From the NCBI GenBank assembly GCA_951406725.2, contig OX597821.1:29326001-29390000 (forward strand): DNA of 64,000 nucleotides, given 5' to 3'. The notes under the pieces are model-generated. The model did not search any database, was not told where the DNA came from, and was given only the letters and a program-made list of their open reading frames with translations. A program made the position numbers and the translations under genes. Below, piece after piece: positions 39,873 to 56,489 of the stretch (positions within the stretch are counted from its first letter, which is position 1; every line of letters starts with the position of its first letter). Source of the DNA: Octopus vulgaris (Eukaryota).

Positions 39873-41152
39873 TACTTTGATACTTTACTTTGATAGGTTT
39901 CGGCCATTATTGGCCCAGGCCATGTCTAACTTAATAGCACCACCTGGTGAAGTCTTTCAAGTCAGAATTTGGGCACTATGGCCCACTCAAGTAGAGAGTT
40001 ATTGTTTACAGAGACATATCCGGGTGTAGGGGGTTTATCCGGGATTTCTTGAAGGAATCTGTCCAAAGACTTCTTGAACCCTATAGGGTCAGTTTCTGTT
40101 TTAATGTGTTTTGGTGTAATGTTAAAGAGAGCGGGGCCAATTGAGGTGAAATAATTGTGCCGTATTGTTGTTATGAGATGAGAGTGCGATTTTTGTTTTG
40201 GGCGGATGGCACGGGGCCCAAGCCTTGGATGTACCTTAAAGGTGATGCCAACATCATTTGGGCAATGCTGATGGAATATTTTCCACATCATGCAGATGAT
40301 GTAGCGCTCACGACGACGTTGGAGAGAATAGAGTTTTAGCTTTTCTAGTCGACCCCAATAGTCGAGGCCTGTCATGCCATCTATCTTTTTTGTGATTGCC
40401 CTTTGAGGTGCTTCGACTTTTTTGATACCTTGTATTGTGTGGGGAGACCACAGTGGACAACAGTATTCAAGGTGGGGTCGGGCAAAAGTGGAGAAGAGAA
40501 GGATAATGGTGTGGATATCTCTCGACTGGAAAGTTCTGAGAATCCAGGAACACATTCTGCGGGCCATGTCAACTTTGGTGTTTATATGAGTGGCCCAGCT
40601 TACGTTGTTGTCCACAATTACTCCCAAGTCTCTGATGTTGTTGGACGCCGCGAGAGTTTCACCTGAAGGAAGGGAGTATGGGAGTTTCAGGGCATCCTCT
40701 TTTCCAAAGTGGATTAGCTCAAATTTATCCTCGTTCAGCAGCATATTGTTTTTTTCTGCCCATTGGATAACAGCCAGTAGATCTGACTGAAGGCATGTCC
40801 GGTCACTCGCCTCATTTATGACCTTCTGTAGCTTGGAGTCATCTGCAAAGATTTTTATGTTGCTGTGCTTGATGATGTCATTAATGTCATTAATGTAAAT
40901 GATGAAAAGAAGTGGGCCCAGCACAGTGCCTTGCGGAACGCCACTACTGACTTTGGCTGGGCTTGATTTTACCCCTTCAACTACAACATGTTGAGATCTG
41001 TCTGTCAGGAAACACTTAATCCATTTCAGTAACTTTCCAGAGACACCAATGTTGGATAGTTTTTTCAATAGGATCTTGTGATCGACCCTGTCGAAGGCCT
41101 TACTGAAATCAAGGTAGATGACATCGGTGTTGGAGCCCTCTCCCAAAGCTCC
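39873..41152 (-). mobile_element. 5'-truncated CR1-group (CR1/L2/Crack-like) LINE
   Basis: RT ORF, a short 3' UTR with a GGCCAATAATGGCC stem-loop and an (AAAGTATC)-like tail, inserted in a (TA/CA) microsatellite. Confidence 0.9.
39962..41152 (-). CDS. LINE ORF2 reverse transcriptase, C-terminal ~395 aa (5'-truncated, no true start)
   Basis: [64 protein letters not shown], with no internal stops. The first ~29 aa of the tracked ORF are microsatellite translation. Confidence 0.93.
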   Translation of the reverse strand, partial: GALGEGSNTDVIYLDFSKAFDRVDHKILLKKLSNIGVSGKLLKWIKCFLTDRSQHVVVEGVKSSPAKVSSGVPQGTVLGPLLFIIYINDINDIIKHSNIKIFADDSKLQKVINEASDRTCLQSDLLAVIQWAEKNNMLLNEDKFELIHFGKEDALKLPYSLPSGETLAASNNIRDLGVIVDNNVSWATHINTKVDMARRMCSWILRTFQSRDIHTIILLFSTFARPHLEYCCPLWSPHTIQGIKKVEAPQRAITKKIDGMTGLDYWGRLEKLKLYSLQRRRERYIICMMWKIFHQHCPNDVGITFKVHPRLGPRAIRPKQKSHSHLITTIRHNYFTSIGPALFNITPKHIKTETDPIGFKKSLDRFLQEIPDKPPTPGYVSVNNNSLLEWAIVPKF

Positions 41153-41678
41153 CATACATATATATATATACATATATACATATATACACGTATATATACA
41201 TACATATATACATGTATATATACATACGCACACACACATACATAGATACGCAATCTATCTGTATATATATGCATGTATACACATAGACACACACAAATGT
41301 GATGTCCACCTGTGTATATGATGATATATATATGTGAATATATGAATAAACATACCAAACATTTGAAATATGAAACACATGCACAAATACATACATATGT
41401 AACACTATCATAAATAGCCTTACCGTTTCTCTTATTCATCTTCCCATCTACCAACTAGCCCACAAACGTGTGTGTATGTTCAAAGATGTGTGTGTGTGTG
41501 TGCGTGTGTGTACACATACACCCACACGTTCTACAGCTTACATCACTTCTTTGATAGTAATGTGAGAAAACATAAGATGAAAATAAAGAAAAAAAAAAGG
41601 AAATTCACATGGACCTCAGATTTGTCACTCACGGGATGTATATAGATATGCGAGTAGGAGGCAGATTGTTTGTTTGTT

Positions 41679-41717
<39 letters not shown>

Positions 41718-42496
41718 CTGTAGGTATGTGTTTTAGGTTGCGCAACATGTGCTTGTGTTGTAATAAGATGTCCCCAGTTGCTTGTGTTGTGTATGTGTAC
41801 AAAGACGTGAATGATGTAAGGGAAAGTGAAATAAGAGGCCAAGATTGAAGGAGAGAGAGAGAGAAATTAAGAGAAATATAGAGTAAGAGAAAGTAAATGT
41901 TAGATTAAAGAGCGCATATATCACACACACACAAATATAAGCATATACAAACACACTGTATCAAGTTGTTATACAACCACAGGTCAGATCTGAACAAACA
42001 GATCTCACAGTAAAAGCATTCCATGACAGGACTTTTGAAAAGATAAACTGGCAGATAGAGGTCTGGCTTAGTTTGGCCTGGTGACAAACTCATAATACAC
42101 TTGCAACCCTGTTAGATAGAGATTTCATATCCATCCCTTTAAATGAGGGAGAGGAGAAACTGATACTAAGATCTAAGTTTTAAAGAATGAAGATGTGATT
42201 TCAGAAAGATTTAACTGCCTTTTTTCTAGCAGATCTACTGACCAGGCAGAAATATTCTTGACTTTTTTTTTTTGTTAGTTCATTATTATAACACAGGCTT
42301 CATTCTATTTCAGTTTAATTATATTAAATTATTATTCAAGGCATGGATAACTCATCATCCTGAAAGTATTATCAATAGAATTGATGATGCATAGATAAAT
42401 TGGGTGGTGCATATACATATGTGCATGCACACACACACACACATATTGAATTTACAAACAAGAAAACTATATACACATCATATATGTGTGTGTATG

Positions 42497-42537
<41 letters not shown>

Positions 42538-42605
42538 ATGTATATATGTGTGTGTGTATGTATATATGTGTGTGTGTGTGTGTGTATATATGTGTATATA
42601 TAAAT

Positions 42606-42883
42606 ATATATATGTATAAAAAATCTCTATAAAAATACAAAATGGGACAAGAACGCATAAAACATTCCAATAGACGATACCAAAAACGGACGGGTCATTT
42701 GAAGCCTCTTAATCTTCAGTCAAGAACCGGATCATCCTCGCAATTTCGGCTGAGGATGTTCCGGTTCTTGAATGAAGATTAGAGGCTTCAAATGACCCGT
42801 CCGTTTTTTGTATCGTCTATTTGAATGTTTTATGCGTTCTTGTCCCATTTTGTATTTTTATAGAGATTTTTTATACATATATT
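42606..42883. repeat. Near-perfect ~278-bp palindrome (arms ~133 bp, 12-nt loop)
   Basis: The left arm ...GGACAAGAACGCATAAAACATT...AAGAACCGGATCATCCTC is mirrored by GAGGATGTTCCGGTTCTT...AATGTTTTATGCGTTCTTGTCC. Loop GCAATTTCGGCT at 42740-42751. Confidence 0.95.
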
Positions 42884-42909
42884 ATTGCGGCATATGTACA
42901 CCTTGTTCT

Positions 42910-45157
<2,248 letters not shown>

Positions 45158-45806
45158 GAGTTCCTTTATTATAGAAAGCTGAGGGTAAACTTTATGTTTT
45201 ACTGATTTGTGCATCTTTAAGTACAACATGAACTTCAAAATAGCAATCAAAAGGGCCCTCAGTTTTGAAAACACACACACACACACATCAAGATAATATT
45301 AGACTTTTCAGGGTCCAAACATGTATATAACAACCAGTGATCTGTTTCAAGCCTTCATGTCCCTGTAGTTGGATCTAACTCAGATTCTCAAGGTGTTTGA
45401 GAGGGGTGGCAATTCAAGATTCTCTCCTCGTCTGGAAGGACACAAGGTACTATTACTATTCTTTTTCAGCTGAGTGTAACAAGAGAAATACAAAATAAAG
45501 TCCCATAAAATAAGAGATAGAAAACACAGTCCAGTCTGAGAATTGGACCCATAACCTACCAACTGTGACTCAAATACTCTAACCAGTGGGTTACATACTT
45601 TTTACAAGCGGTAAAACAGTGGTTTATCTAAAATTTCCTGTTGTTATTAACAGTTGTTGCATATGACATGAGTTCATATACAGTATGGAAATTGTTGACA
45701 TTTGAAAAAGAAAGTAAGAAGAGGAAGGAATTAAATTAATGCAAAAGTCAAAGATAGACAGAAAAAAAAAATAGATGAACAGGTATACAGATAGATATTT
45801 TTTAAA

Positions 45807-46041
45807 AATTTAATTTAATTTAATTTTTTTGGCTCAAAAAGCAAAAGCAAGGCCATGTAGTGGGACATGGAGTTATGTACAGGGAGGGTGTTCATGCAAA
45901 GAGTTCAGGCCATTTCTGGTCAAGAGAGTCTTTGAACCAAGCGGTCGTCGGCATCTTCACTGTCTCATCCGGCAGCTTATTTCACGGATCCGCAACCCGG
46001 ACGGAGAGAGCCACTCTCCTTCGATTGAGATGAAATCGTCG
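45807..46041 (-). mobile_element. CR1 LINE 3' terminal fragment
   Basis: RRFHLNRRRVALSVRVADP*NKLPDETVKMPTTAWFKDSLDQKWPELFA* fits the CR1 ORF2 end motif FS.RV...WN.LP..FK..LD. It is followed by a 3' UTR and an (AAATT)n tail. Confidence 0.8.
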
Positions 46042-47924
46042 TATATAGACATACACACATATATGTATGTGTGGTGTGTGTGTGTGTATACACACATATA
46101 AATATAAGAGATTAGATTGTCAAATAGATGAACAGATTATACTGAAAGACATATTTATAGATAGGTAATAGAACATCACTTTCCGACATCCTCTGAGTTC
46201 CTCAGAAGGCAATAAGTATAGCCTTTCCTATGCATATTGCTCAATAAATGAACAAACAAACAAAGAAATAATGAAAGGATAGATAAACAGACAGATATAA
46301 ACAAATGGCAAAGCAGTTAGACTGACAAGTAGAAACATGGACAGATAATACGGACCCACAGGCATATAAAGACAAACATGACGAGAGAGGAGGTGAGAGA
46401 CAGATAGATGAAAGAATAGAAAGAAAGATAGATAGATAAATGGACAGAGAAATAGCTAGAAAGATAGATATAAAAAGCATGGAAGGGGAAATATAGTGGT
46501 GGTATTTAGAGTGACTCGCGGACAAAATAAAAGCTGCTGTGCAGAGAACTACATTTGATCCTTACACCAGACATGTGTTGTTTATCAATGTCTTGGAGAT
46601 GAAAAGTTTGTGTCTGTCTGTGTATATAATATACACACAACAAGCATGTGGATAATCAATTTGTTTTTATGCATGTATATAATAAAACTACGCTGATACG
46701 CGTGCACACAAAAGTACATCACCACAGCCGCCCACACAAATGTGGTTACGTCTGATTGTCTGCCTGTGTATGTATATATGTGTGAATGTGTACACATATA
46801 TTGATACAGATACTTAGGCATATGTACATAGACACATACATCACTTCAGCCATGGACATAAAAGTGGCTATGTCTGTCTGTCCGTCTGTCTATACACATG
46901 TAAGTATACGTAGATGTGTGAATGTGTATACATGTTGACATAAATACACACACACACACACACATATATAGAGACAGACAGGCAAACAGACAAACATAAA
47001 AGCTATCCCACATCAGAGACACACCCAACTGACAAAATAATGTCAGTGGTGTCAAAATAAAAGAAACAGGAATAAATTGAAAAAGATAAAATTTTGCAGC
47101 AGCAACGGCAGCAACAGGAACATAGCAGCAGCAGTAGTAGTAGTAGTAATAGTACTAGTTATAGACACTATCACTGATTTAACTGCTCAGTCTGAGCATT
47201 CAGTTTCCCTACTTTCCTTCAACAACAACAACAACAACAACAGGAACAGCAGCAGGTATTTCTAGCAGATTCATCAATTACTTACAGATTCTCTCACTGG
47301 CACGTATATCCGATAAACTATGATTTTCTTGCACAAAATCTTTTGGCTCCAAAATTACTCCCCAAGAATGTTTCCCTACAAATCCTCCAATCCACTTTAT
47401 CATTCAACATACTACAAATAATCTGCAATAATTCAAATCAAACAGTAACTTACACTATATTGCAACAGCTTCCTCTTATTGAACACTTCTTTGTAAGAGA
47501 GACCACCTGCAAAAGAAATATCAACAGGTTGTTGAGATTAAAGCAGTTAAACCACATATATTTATAACACAGTTATTTTATATCTATTATTTTATATTAC
47601 AATCTGTGAACAATAACATTTTTGTTTGCAGGTTTAAAAAAAAGGCAAATCACAGGTCCACAGTATTTCCAAAACAAGGGAATGTCATTAACTCTGTACA
47701 AAACAAATATTACAAAGAATTTTATTCAAAGAGCATGCATTTTCCACAGTTGTCACACACACACATATAATACACACAATAGGCACAGATATAGCAGCGT
47801 AGCTAAGGAACTGGCTTCCCAACCTCATGATTTCAGTTCAGTCTGTGTAGCAGCCTGGGTAAGAGTCTTCTACCCAATACTTGTTTGTGTGAATTTGGCA
47901 AATGGAAGCTATACAAAGACCAAA

Positions 47925-47956
<32 letters not shown>

Positions 47957-49106
47957 CGTGTGTGCGTGTGTGCACGTAACATTGTTTTCTCATCATTTTT
48001 AACACCAACTTTTCCATGTCAGCATGGATTTGGCACTTTTTAACCGAGACTTTCTAATCAGAAGCCCTTCCCATTGCTAACCCATGTCTGTCTCCAAGCA
48101 AGCTTCAATAATATATATATATTAGTCAAACTTATGAGAGCATGGAAAACTGACATAAAAATAAATGAAAGCACACGCACAAGTGATGGACATCCACATA
48201 GCTTCTGTCAAACAAATTTCACTGATAAGATATTGAACCACCTAAACCAATGCTACAACAACAAGGTGCCTGACGATGGAATCAAACTTGGAACCATGTA
48301 GTTGCCAAGTGAACATCTTAACCCCACAACCATACCTGCGCATTAGAGCAGTGAAAAAATAAATCTGATAACCCAGATCAAGGACTGTTTGGGCTAAGAG
48401 ACAAAAACTGATGCAGCAGCTATTCTGAAAAGTATGTGTGATTGCTTTGTACTGTTCGGGATCTAATGGGAGGGCAGGCAGTGGTGGGTAACCTGAAATT
48501 TGTGTTATAAGCTGTTATTCTAATGGGTATGTATATGACATTAATTTGGTGTTTGCCATACTGTAGCACAAGACTGAGTTTGTAGAAACAGCCACTAATG
48601 GTAGTGGTGGTGGTGATGATAATGATGATGGTGCGATAATGATGATGGTGATGAAGACAGCCAACATTCTGCCCCTTACATGTCTTCTTAACCTTATTCT
48701 TGCTTCCCTGGTGTAGACATTCCATGAATACAAAGTATATTTGTGTATAGTTTGTATATACAGCCTGTCCTGATCAGTTTAGTTGTTAGTGATAGGGTGA
48801 GCAATTCCAGTTGGTGGAAGAGGTACATTCACATCAGGGAGTGGGCTGTGTATTTCGATAAGATAAAAAGAGGAAAACTTGCTGATCCTAGCAGTCTTTA
48901 AAGAGTAAAAAAAATATAAAAATAATAAAAATAAAAAACCAAAGAAAGAAAAACATGCTGAAGGCACTGCACTGAAAATAAATGTCTTCATATCTAAATA
49001 TCTGTGTGTGTGTGTGTGTGTGGGGTTATGTTTGTCCCAATGTAGTAATCATAGTTTATATGGTCTGAACTAATACATGATCCAACAAGAACATCTAAAC
49101 AAAAAA

Positions 49107-49140
<34 letters not shown>

Positions 49141-49401
49141 CATGTTAATAATAACAAGTGTTTATATGTGGGTATATTAAATATTTGTGCACATTTCATA
49201 CACACACACACTCTTATATAATCAAATTCTGCCATTCATTAGATGTGTGCATGTGTATTTATATATATATACAGATAAGGGGTGGGGGAGAAAGAGAAAG
49301 AAATTTTGTGTTTTACATTTAAAAAAATATCAGTGTCTAACCTCACTATTCGCTGTACGTCTGAGTGAGTGCATGCATGTGTGTGTGTGTGTGCATGTAC
49401 A

Positions 49402-49452
<51 letters not shown>

Positions 49453-50808
49453 CACATACACTAATAGGCATTCAAATATATAGACAGATATGTAGACTGG
49501 CACAGAAATAGAAATAAATATAAATACAATGGGAGAGAAGAAAAATTGAAGCGAAAGTGTGATTCCTTGTGTTAATTTGTTTGAGTGTGCATATGCATGC
49601 ATACATGTGAATGTGATAAATTGTGTGAGTGTGTGTGTGTATGTGTGTGTGTGTCTTTGATCTAGAAACGTGGTTATTGCTTTGGGGCAATGTGGAAATG
49701 AAGAAAATTAGAATTAGAAAAAAAAAAAAAAAACTTCACTCAGCACACACATCTGGCTGTCTTTGATTCTTTCCCACCTTGACTGAACTCAGTACACCCT
49801 TCATAATCATAACCATCACCAGCACCATTTTCAAAATGAACAGCATCATGACCGCTCACAGCAGAACTGAAAGTGGTGCTGGTAGTGTGTAGAGTCATTG
49901 GTAGTAGTTATAGAGAAAACAGGAATATGTGTGTGTGTAATCGTCATCAGACAGACATAAATGATGATGATATATATACACACACACGCACACATACACA
50001 CGTATGTATGTTCATGTGTGTATGTGCGTTTATATATTTAAATGAACTGAGGTACTTGGCTACTTACATATGCAAGACAAGAAAAAGTAAAGAAAATATA
50101 GCATTGAGACAAGGCTGTGAACAATGAACAATAAGGGGAGTAGCAGTGTCAATTTGGTTTACTGTAACTCCCAACCCAGAGATTTTCTATTTTAATCTCC
50201 CCATATTGGACCAAACTATTTTTGAATTCAACCTAAAGCTTCCTGAAGAAAGAGAGGTAAAATAAAACGAAAGAAATGGGTGGACAGGATCAGTAGTTAG
50301 CATTACTGCTTTTCAAATGTCAACATCTCTCCTTAACTCCTCTTGTAAATTCTGTCTGCTAAAAGAAACAGCCGAATCCCTTTTGACCTATACCTTAACA
50401 TCTTAAAATAGAAATGCTATGCATAGTAGTAATAGATACACTCATCACTGTCACTATGTGTCACTGTTGCCATTGTTTTTTATCTGCCATAACTTGCTTC
50501 TAAGGTTGGATGCCGTTTCTAACACCAACCACTTTACAGAGTGTAGTGAGAGCATTCTTATTTTGGAACTAGCACTAGATAGATAACCATGTCTTTGACA
50601 AGACTAAAAGGACCTCTCAAAACCCACACATGATAAAATGCACAAAGCGGATTTAATCTAGCACCACACTCGGAACGATAAGGATGAGTCTACAATGAAT
50701 ACACATGGAAAACAAAACAGACAGGATGGTCATGGCTGGAATGATTTTCATTATAGGTTTGTAGAAGTGAGGATGACTAAAACAATAACTCATCATCCAT
50801 AACCTATA

Positions 50809-50973
50809 GGCGTAGGAGTGGCCGTGTGGTAAGTAGATTGCTTACGAACCACATGGTTCCGGGTTCAGTCCCACTGCGTGGTACCTTGGGCAAGTGTCTT
50901 CTACTATAGCCTTGGGTTGACCAAAGCCTTGTGAGTGGATTTGGTAGACGGAAACTGAAAGAAGCCCATCATA

Positions 50974-51062
<89 letters not shown>

Positions 51063-51288
51063 GTGTATGTATATGTTTGTGTGTCTGTGTTAGTCCCCCC
51101 AACATCGCTTGACAACCGATGCTGGTGTGTTTATGTCCCTGTAACTTAGTGGTTCGGCAAAAGAGACCGATAGAATAAGTACTATGCTTACAAAGAATAA
51201 GTCCTAGGGTCGATCTGCTCGACTAAAGGCGGTGCTCCAGCATGGCCACAGTCAAATGACTGAAACAAGTAAAGAGTAAAGTGAGTAA
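50809..51288 (+). mobile_element. Family A SINE, full length, with an expanded internal (TA)n
   Basis: Colinear with family A; internal microsatellite ~50969-51075. Confidence 0.92.
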
Positions 51289-52005
51289 CCTGATTTATAC
51301 TTAACTAAAGTGCAGAGTGAATACTCAGCACCTTTACTCAGCCTTTCCCAACTTTTATAATGCATAATAATTTATATTGATTGAAGAAGCTTAGATGGCC
51401 AGGAGAAGGTGGAATAACAGCTGTGAGGTTACTTGTATGTATACCCAATTCTAAACTAACTCGTGAAAGACAAACACGACACTTGAACATGCCATGAATG
51501 CATCGACCTGGGTTTGAACATGTAAGTGATGTGAATTATGCAAGAGATAAATCAATATTGAACACGTGTCATAAAGACTGCCATAAGACATGAAAACTTC
51601 ATTAGGGACAGGTTTACCAATAACAGGATCAGTGTTTCTCTTGAGATCAATAATAAACTGTCTCAACAATGATACAGCTTTCCACAGAGTAATCCCGTAT
51701 GCAAATCAATTTGATCAAAACCAAACTTTTCTTTATGAATTCAGGATCTTACCTTAGTAGTTATTATACAGTAAAGAGTTACTCTTGTTTGAAGTTAGAC
51801 AATCAGAGTACAATTTACTGTATATAAAGCACAATATGTCAGGTTTACTTCTAAGTTGTTGGAAGCAGTTGTTGAACCCCAGGCTGCCCTTGAATTACTT
51901 GATCTTGCAATCAAAAGCATTTCTATTGCAATGAATTCATTTTCTTTCTTTACTGTTTCCTTTCCAAGCACTGAGTGTAGCCAGTAAGTATTTTAGAATT
52001 ACCTA

Positions 52006-52234
52006 TTTCTTTACTGCCCACAAGGGGCTGAACACAGAGGGGACAAACAAGGACAGACATAGGTATTAAGTCGATTACATCGACCCCAGTGCGTAACTGG
52101 TACTTAATTTATCGACCCCGAAAGGATGAAAGGCAAAGTCGACCTTGGCGGAACTTGAACTCACAACGTAACGGCAGATGAAATACCGCTAAGCATTTCG
52201 CCCGGCGTGCTAACGTTTCTGCCAGCTCGCCACT
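52006..52234 (-). mobile_element. tRNA-derived SINE, family C, full length
   Basis: Near-identical to 20960-21190. 13-bp TSD ATTTTAGAATTAC at 51990-52002 and 52236-52248. Confidence 0.93.
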
Positions 52235-52248
52235 AATTTTAGAATTAC

Positions 52249-52456
52249 TGCCTGACTGGCCCCCGTGCCGGTGGCACATAAAAAGCATCCACTACACTCT
52301 CGGAGTGGTTGGCGTTAGGAAGGGCATCCAGTTGTAGAAACTCTGCCAAATAAAGATTGGAGACTGGTGCAACCATCTAGTACTCTAGCCCTCAGTCAAA
52401 ATCGTCCAACCCATGCTAGCATGGAAAGTGGACGTTAAACGATGATGATGATGATG
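52249..52456 (+). mobile_element. Family D retroposon (RTE-like tail, (GAT)n end)
   Basis: GGTGGCACATAAAAAGCA...GGCGTTAGGAAGGGCATCCAG...CCAACCCATGCTAGCATGGAAAGTGGACGTTAAAC(GAT)n. Confidence 0.85.
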
Positions 52457-53407
52457 CTGTATATTTGCATATCACAAGATACAACTTAAAGGGTATCATG
52501 GCTATTCCACACTACCTCAAACAGTTTCATCCAGCTCATGCCAGCATGAAAAAGTGGATGTAAAAACGATTATGATGATGTGTGTACTGAGAGCCAATAC
52601 ATCCTATAGGTATTCATTGACTTATTCAAATTCATAAGAACAGCAATTTTGCTGCTTTTTCTGGCAGATCAAATGACCATGTAGTGGATTTCTCATTGGT
52701 TTGATTGAGTAACCACATAAAAATCTATTTGGCTTGATTGAGTTTAGGACATTTCTCCTAATCACTGATTAAAAAAAAAATGGGCAGATTACTATAAATT
52801 TCAAACCCAGATGAAAAATTGAAGAAAAGTGAAAGTTTTATATGAAAAATTATAATTGGGGCCAAAGTGCATAAAGGTCAAAGTCGTGAGGTCAGACTTG
52901 AAAATCATGGGTTTCACTGGAGTGAGATGTATAACTGTGTGAAATAAAGCAGAGCTATAAACGTCATCATTATCTTATTCTGTTTTATGACCTAGACGAC
53001 ATTTGTCTATTCACGCCTACCATGTTCCATGGTTTTCTTGGACAGGTTTTGTAGCATGCAAAATGAAAAGATATTGCTAGATTCTAACTCAATCTTCAGT
53101 TTGCTGGAAGAAGTGATCACCATGAGTGGTCTCCAACAATCTTCTCATGGCTCAGCAGCATAAACAATTTTGGGAGAGAAAAATATAGGAGGAGGGAGAG
53201 GGAAGAGAGGAAAAAGGGAGAGAGAGAGAGAGGGGGTGGATAATAATTCCTTATCCTGAACTGGTATTTTATCAAAGCTAGAAGGATAAAAATAAATGTC
53301 TGACTTTGAAAAGATTTGGCTTCAGAAGGCAAAGAGCAGAGAATATTTCTTCAATGCATATCTGGTAGTCTAACAGATCTATCAACTAAATACTAGCCTA
53401 GTAAAAA

Positions 53408-53518
53408 TTTCCATCTACCAAATCCACTCACAAGGCTTTGGTCGGCCCGAGGCTATAGTAGAAGACACTTGCTCAAGGTGCCACGCAGTGGGACTGAACC
53501 CAGAACCATGTGGTTGGG
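53408..53518 (-). mobile_element. Family A SINE, 5'-half fragment
   Basis: CTACCAAATCCACTCACAAGGCTTTGGTCGGCCCGAGG...GGGACTGAACCCAGAACCATGTGG. Confidence 0.85.
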
Positions 53519-54739
53519 AAACTAATTTAGTCAATGCGTCTTTCCTCGCACTGTTTTTTTTTTTTTTGCATAATAGAGAAAGATTGGGTGAGATTTGTAC
53601 TATTTCATAGAGACTGTCACAGTTTTGGCTGGGATATGGCTTATAGTCCAAGAAGGTAGGAATAGGGCTCCTAACCTCTGGTGTCTTTTGTAGAAAACTC
53701 CTGAAACTGATATTTTCAAGTGAAGAGCATAAAAGACCTGATCAGAATGCTAACAGATTGGACTATACATATATATATAGTAAAAGCCCTCAAATATTAT
53801 GTAGGAGTATTAAGCCAGGTGATGGAATAAATAATTCTACCATTCAAGAACAGCTACAGTCCATCTGACAATCTTCCAAACGGTATTGTCAAAACAATTT
53901 CAATGACAAGGTAGGGGTCACTTATATGTTAGAGTAGTCCACACTTGCCCATGGTTCTGGAGAGTGGGATTGACCCCATGTAATTGCCAAGTGAATTTAA
54001 CTAATAAAAGGAGTTCCTATGGCAGTAGAAAGGATAGAATGACTAGGGGTAAGGACCAAAAGTGAAGACAAAATAATACTAAAGACAAATACATATTAGC
54101 AGGTCTTCTTTTACTAAGGCAGTAGTGATAGTGGTGGTCAATGTGTTGGGGTAGTAACAATAGAAATAGGGGTGTTTGTTGTAGTAGTGTGGTGGTGATA
54201 ACAGAAGTGGCTGTGGTAGCATTTGAGGTGTTAGGTGTGATGATGGTGGTAGTGGTAGCCACAGTGTAGTAGCAGTTGTCAGAGTAAAAGTAGTGGCATT
54301 TGCCGGGGAGGTAGTAGTGATAGTAGGTGGTAACACAGTTGTAGTAACAGCAGCAGAAGCAGTGATGGTAGTGGTTGTAGTGTTTTCAGTGTAGTGATAG
54401 TAAAAATAAAAGTAGTAGTGGCAACGGTAAGAGGAGGATGCAGTAAAGGTTATGATGGTTTCAGCAACAGTAACAGTGGTAGTGTCCGTAATGATGCTGG
54501 TAATAATAGTGGTAATAGTAGTGCAATGGTAGTAGTGATAACGAAGAAGTTGCTAGTGGTGGTAGAGGTTGAACCGATGGTGACATTTGATGATGATGGT
54601 GGAGGCCGTATTAGCAGTAGCAATTGCAATGATGGCAGTAGCTGTGTAGCAGTGATGGTGGTGGTATGGAAAGTGGTGGTCTTGGTGGAAATTACACAAG
54701 CAACAAGAACATTTTGAGATTAAATGCAGTCTCAGAAAC

Positions 54740-55240
<501 letters not shown>

Positions 55241-56286
55241 TATTCTGTTTCATGCAAAGAAGGCTGGGATGCAGGGATGTAGGTCGATAGGCGTGGGTGG
55301 GTAGGTAAGTAAGTAAGCCGACAGTCGAAATAGGGGTATCTATGTAAAGAAATTCTGCAAGAGAATGATAAAACTTAATGAAGGTTTGATGGAAAAACGT
55401 TTTATTTCTTTAATTTATTTTCTATCTTTATTACAGTCCTTCATTTCATTCTGCTATATCTGTTTGTTGCTGTCCTTGTTGTTCTTGTAGATGTCTCCTC
55501 GCTCTCTTTACATTTGTTCTAATGCATTGCTTTAATTTTTCCTTTCATTTTACATCCTTTACTGTTTCGGCTCATTCACTCTCTTTGTTTTCTTGCAGTT
55601 GTTATTATTGCTGCTGCCGCTGTCAGAGCAGTTGTTGCTACTGTTGTGATCGTTGTTGTTGTTGTCGCTGTTGCTATTATTCGCATTGTTTGTTCTTACT
55701 GCTGTTGTTTAATTTTTTGTTATCTTGTTTCTTCTTCTCTTAACTGTTGCAGATGTCGTTGTTGTTCTTCTTCTTCTTGCTATACTCGCATGCATTTCTG
55801 TTTGCGTTGTCAAATTAAAGCATAACGACTAAAAGCAACTTTGGAGAGATGCAACCGTAAAAGCAGGATGCAACTGAGTAAAAAGAAAGGCAAAATAAAA
55901 TGCAAATGAAAAGCACAAGAAAATGTATGAAGAAGGAAAGGAGTGGATGAGGATGAAACATGTGGTTGGAGATTGGATAATAGAGGAGAGTTCTGCATGA
56001 GTGTGTGTATTTTAGTACTTAATATACACACACATACACAGACATACATACGCACAATATATGAGTGTGTGAGTACACACACAGTATATACATGTATACA
56101 CATATATATACACATATATATACATTTTATAGTGGTTATATAATTATGTATGCATATATATATATATATATAAGGATTATATGTATGTATGTGTGCATGT
56201 ATGTAAGGGCTATGTGTGTATGTGTATATATATATGTGTGTGTGTGTGTGTAAGTGTATATATATATATGTGTGTGTGTGTGTATG

Positions 56287-56325
<39 letters not shown>

Positions 56326-56447
56326 GTGTGTGTTTATGTATATGTATATATATATATACATGTGTGTGTGTGTATATATATATATATATACATGTGTGTG
56401 TTTATGTGTATGTATGTATATATATACATGTGTGTGTGTGTGTGTAA

Positions 56448-56489
<42 letters not shown>

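Noticed and set aside
39890-39925. Stem-loop followed by CGAAAC in the LINE 3' UTR as a hammerhead
   Set aside because: There is no upstream CUGANGA core; a LINE 3' recognition stem-loop explains it better.
41153-41239. N-terminal extension and start codon of the RT ORF
   Set aside because: It lies in the flanking microsatellite; the LINE is 5'-truncated.
51451-51720. Non-repetitive minus-strand ORF (LRQFIIDLKRNTDPVIGK...)
   Set aside because: No recognisable motif or convincing splice sites; it may be an old transposon fragment.
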